From Candidatus Eiseniibacteriota bacterium (GTDB taxonomy: Bacteria > Eisenbacteria > RBG-16-71-46 > JABDJR01): 64,000 nt of DNA. The notes under the pieces were generated by a model, which was not told where the DNA came from, ran no database searches, and saw nothing but the letters and a program-made list of their open reading frames with translations. The stretch is taken from NCBI GenBank assembly GCA_963762255.1, contig CAVXKA010000002.1, forward strand, positions 1 through 64,000, written 5' to 3'. This document shows positions 61,953 to 64,000 of the stretch, piece after piece (position 1 is the stretch's first letter; each line of letters begins with the position of its first letter). A program made the translations under genes and the position numbers.

Positions 61953-61972
61953 CGGACGTCTGACCGAGGGAT

Positions 61973-62077
61973 CTCCTCGATGCCTGGATACGATTGTGCA
62001 TGAATCGATGCCACGGTCTCGCGAATGAACGCCGCCGAGCAATAGGTGGGGCTGGCGACGCTGACTAGGCCGGGCAT
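61973..62077 (-). pseudogene. remnant 5' end of a GT2 gene
   Basis: MPGLVSVASPTYCSAAFIRETVASIHAQSYPGIEE resembles a GT2 N-terminus, and the similarity then stops. Confidence 0.55.
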
Positions 62078-62250
62078 GGTTGTGATCCCACTGTTCCCTC
62101 CCCGGCAATGCGAGCGGCAGTATCTGCGCGGCGTTCTGCAAGATCTGCGCGGAAACCCCCAGCGTTCGACGCGTTCCTCATAACCTCCCCACGTCTCCTT
62201 GCCCCCTTGCCGACAACGATATCAGCACACCGAAGGCATGGACGGTCACG

Positions 62251-62266
62251 TGGCCCACCCTTTGCT
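62251..62266 (+). promoter_or_regulatory. sigma54 (-24/-12) promoter candidate
   Basis: TGGCCCACCCTTTGCT has GG-N10-GC with TTGCW, about 70 nt upstream of ATG 62335. Confidence 0.55.
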
Positions 62267-62334
62267 TATGCACCACTTAGGACTGGATCGAGGGGGAGGG
62301 GAGCGCAACTGCAGTGAACGCAACCGGGGGAGCT

Positions 62335-64000
62335 ATGCCGAGGCGCATCGCTCTCGTTCTTCTCGCCCTCCTGGCGTCATTCGTCACGCGTCCGACGGAA
62401 GGCGCCGACCCACGGGGATCGCTCGATCTTGCCTGGACCGCGCCGGGGTCCGCGGAGCAACCCGCCGATGCCTACGAACTGCGCACCTCCCCGATCGCTC
62501 CCGGCTCCAACCTGCTCGTCTGGTGGAGTGCGGCAAGCCCGGTCAGTAATGTGCCCGCGCCGGCCACGCCGGGCGAGCCCCAGAGCCTGCGTCTCAACGA
62601 CCTTCCGATTGGAGCGACGACTTACGCCGCCATCCGCGCTCGCTTCGCGGATGCCTGGAGCGACCCCTCGCCTGTACTGGCCTGGACGTCCTCGGCCGGC
62701 CCCTGGATTCAGAGCGTGGCTCCCACACGGGTGGAAGAGGCGGGATCGCGCTCCTTCACCGTGAAGGGCTACGGGTTCGCGGGTGCCCGGCAAGCCTCCT
62801 TCATTTCGGCGAGCGGCATCCGCATGAGCGCGGGGATGCGTGTCTACAGCGACTCGCTGGTCGTAGTCACCGCGGATATCTCGTCGCTCGGAATTGGCGC
62901 GGTGGACCTCGAAGTCGCCGGCACGACGGGGACGGACATGCTCCGGCGTTGGATCGACGTATCCGTGCCGGTCATCGCGGACACCCTGGCCCCGCTTGCC
63001 GTGACCGATCTCGCCGTCACCGTCGTAGATCATCAGTCGGTCATGCTCACCTGGACGGCGCCGGCCGATCCATCGCCCTACGGCACCCTGCGCGCGACCC
63101 GCTACGACGTACGTCGTCGTGCCGGCGACGGGACATCCTGGACCTGGTCGAGCGCGACCCCGATCGCCCCGCCGATCCCCGGCGTCCCCGGTGCCCGGGA
63201 CGGGCTGCTCGTGAGCGGCCTCACCCCCGGCAGTACCATGACCTTCGCGCTCGCCGCAGGAGACGCCGCGGGCAATTGGGCGGTCCCATCCAACCGGGTC
63301 ACCGCCACGACGGCTCCGCCTCCCGACGTGACCGCACCGGCGACGGTGGCGAACCTCTCCGTGGAGCTGCAGGCGGACGGGCAAGCGCTCCTGCGCTGGA
63401 CGGCGCCCGCCCACGACCAGGGGCCGGCGGCGAGCTACCGGGTATGGCGGTGGAACGCGCGCACGACCGCGTATTCGATGGATGAAGCACAGCTTCTGGA
63501 AGGTGCTCCGGCGCCGTTGCCGGCCGGTTCGGCACAGAGTTGGACGGCGGGTGGGGTAGCGGCCGGGACCTGGGCCGCCTTCCGCCTCTCCGCGGTGGAC
63601 TCCGCGGGTAATGTCGCGGGGATCTCCAACGCGGTCGTCGTGGATCGCACCGGCGAGGACATCACCTCGCCGGCCATGCCCGGCGATTTCAGCGCTTCGC
63701 AATACAGCCAGGGCACGGTCCAGTTGCGCTGGATCGCGCCGGGGGACGACGGCAAGAAGGGGCGCGTGCGCTATTACGAGATGCGCCACATGGAGTCGCC
63801 CCCTGCGGACACGCCGTGGTGGGAAGGTGTTCCTTCGACCGTGGTCGACGGGCACCCCAAGCCGGCGGGAAAGCAGGAGTTCACGAACCTCTCGAACGTC
63901 GCCCAGGGGAAGAGGCACGGTTATGCCGTGCGGGGAATCGACGAGTCGGAAAACGCCTCGCCGTGGGCGGTCGCGCTGGTCATGGTGGACGCCGCTCGCT
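62335..64000 (+). CDS. large secreted fibronectin type III repeat protein (runs off the window; absent from the ORF track)
   Basis: GGGGAG RBS. Signal peptide MPRRIALVLLALLASFVTRPTEGA. Repeats LAWTAPG..YELR, LTWTAPA..YDVR, LRWTAPA..YRV, LRWIAPGDDG..YEMR, with DxxxP linkers and DAAGNW/DSAGNV ends. Confidence 0.88.
   Translation, partial: MPRRIALVLLALLASFVTRPTEGADPRGSLDLAWTAPGSAEQPADAYELRTSPIAPGSNLLVWWSAASPVSNVPAPATPGEPQSLRLNDLPIGATTYAAIRARFADAWSDPSPVLAWTSSAGPWIQSVAPTRVEEAGSRSFTVKGYGFAGARQASFISASGIRMSAGMRVYSDSLVVVTADISSLGIGAVDLEVAGTTGTDMLRRWIDVSVPVIADTLAPLAVTDLAVTVVDHQSVMLTWTAPADPSPYGTLRATRYDVRRRAGDGTSWTWSSATPIAPPIPGVPGARDGLLVSGLTPGSTMTFALAAGDAAGNWAVPSNRVTATTAPPPDVTAPATVANLSVELQADGQALLRWTAPAHDQGPAASYRVWRWNARTTAYSMDEAQLLEGAPAPLPAGSAQSWTAGGVAAGTWAAFRLSAVDSAGNVAGISNAVVVDRTGEDITSPAMPGDFSASQYSQGTVQLRWIAPGDDGKKGRVRYYEMRHMESPPADTPWWEGVPSTVVDGHPKPAGKQEFTNLSNVAQGKRHGYAVRGIDESENASPWAVALVMVDAAR

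Noticed and set aside
62377-63918. 513-aa minus-strand ORF
   Set aside because: It is the antisense shadow of the FN3 gene. Like most long Arg/Ala/Pro-rich overlapping ORFs in the track, it is an artefact of high GC.

Overview
High-GC bacterial sequence that appears to consist of two unrelated pieces. Positions 1 to ~6165 hold DUF4926, mutY, two small membrane proteins, an RMD1/DUF155 gene, a secreted Kelch/FN3 protein containing an in-frame REP-like doublet, and the 5' end of a secreted Cys-protease-like gene. That last gene switches abruptly, in mid-frame, into the middle of a tamB-like gene, which most likely marks an assembly or read chimera. The rest contains tamB-uvrD/pcrA-purD-purE-tsaC-LMW-PTP-ilvE-glyA-degT, then a convergent ArnT-like/degT pair and a complete moxR-DUF58-batABCDE operon coupled to an AsmA-family gene. 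From ~30.9 kb to ~62 kb lies a large Wzx/Wzy-type polysaccharide locus. It encodes TagA/WecG, many GT4 and GT2 enzymes, GT-C proteins, manC, embedded galT-glgA, Wza, a split Wzc and Wzy. Its unusual tailoring block has a beta-helix protein, an uncharacterised His-rich putative metal hydrolase, and two CapK/PaaK-like adenylating enzymes flanking the flippase. The window ends inside a sigma54-preceded FN3-repeat secreted protein that is missing from the ORF track. Frameshifts are dense in the first ~26 kb and look like long-read errors. No rRNA, tRNA, CRISPR array or transposase was seen. All family calls come from motif recognition, not database searches.
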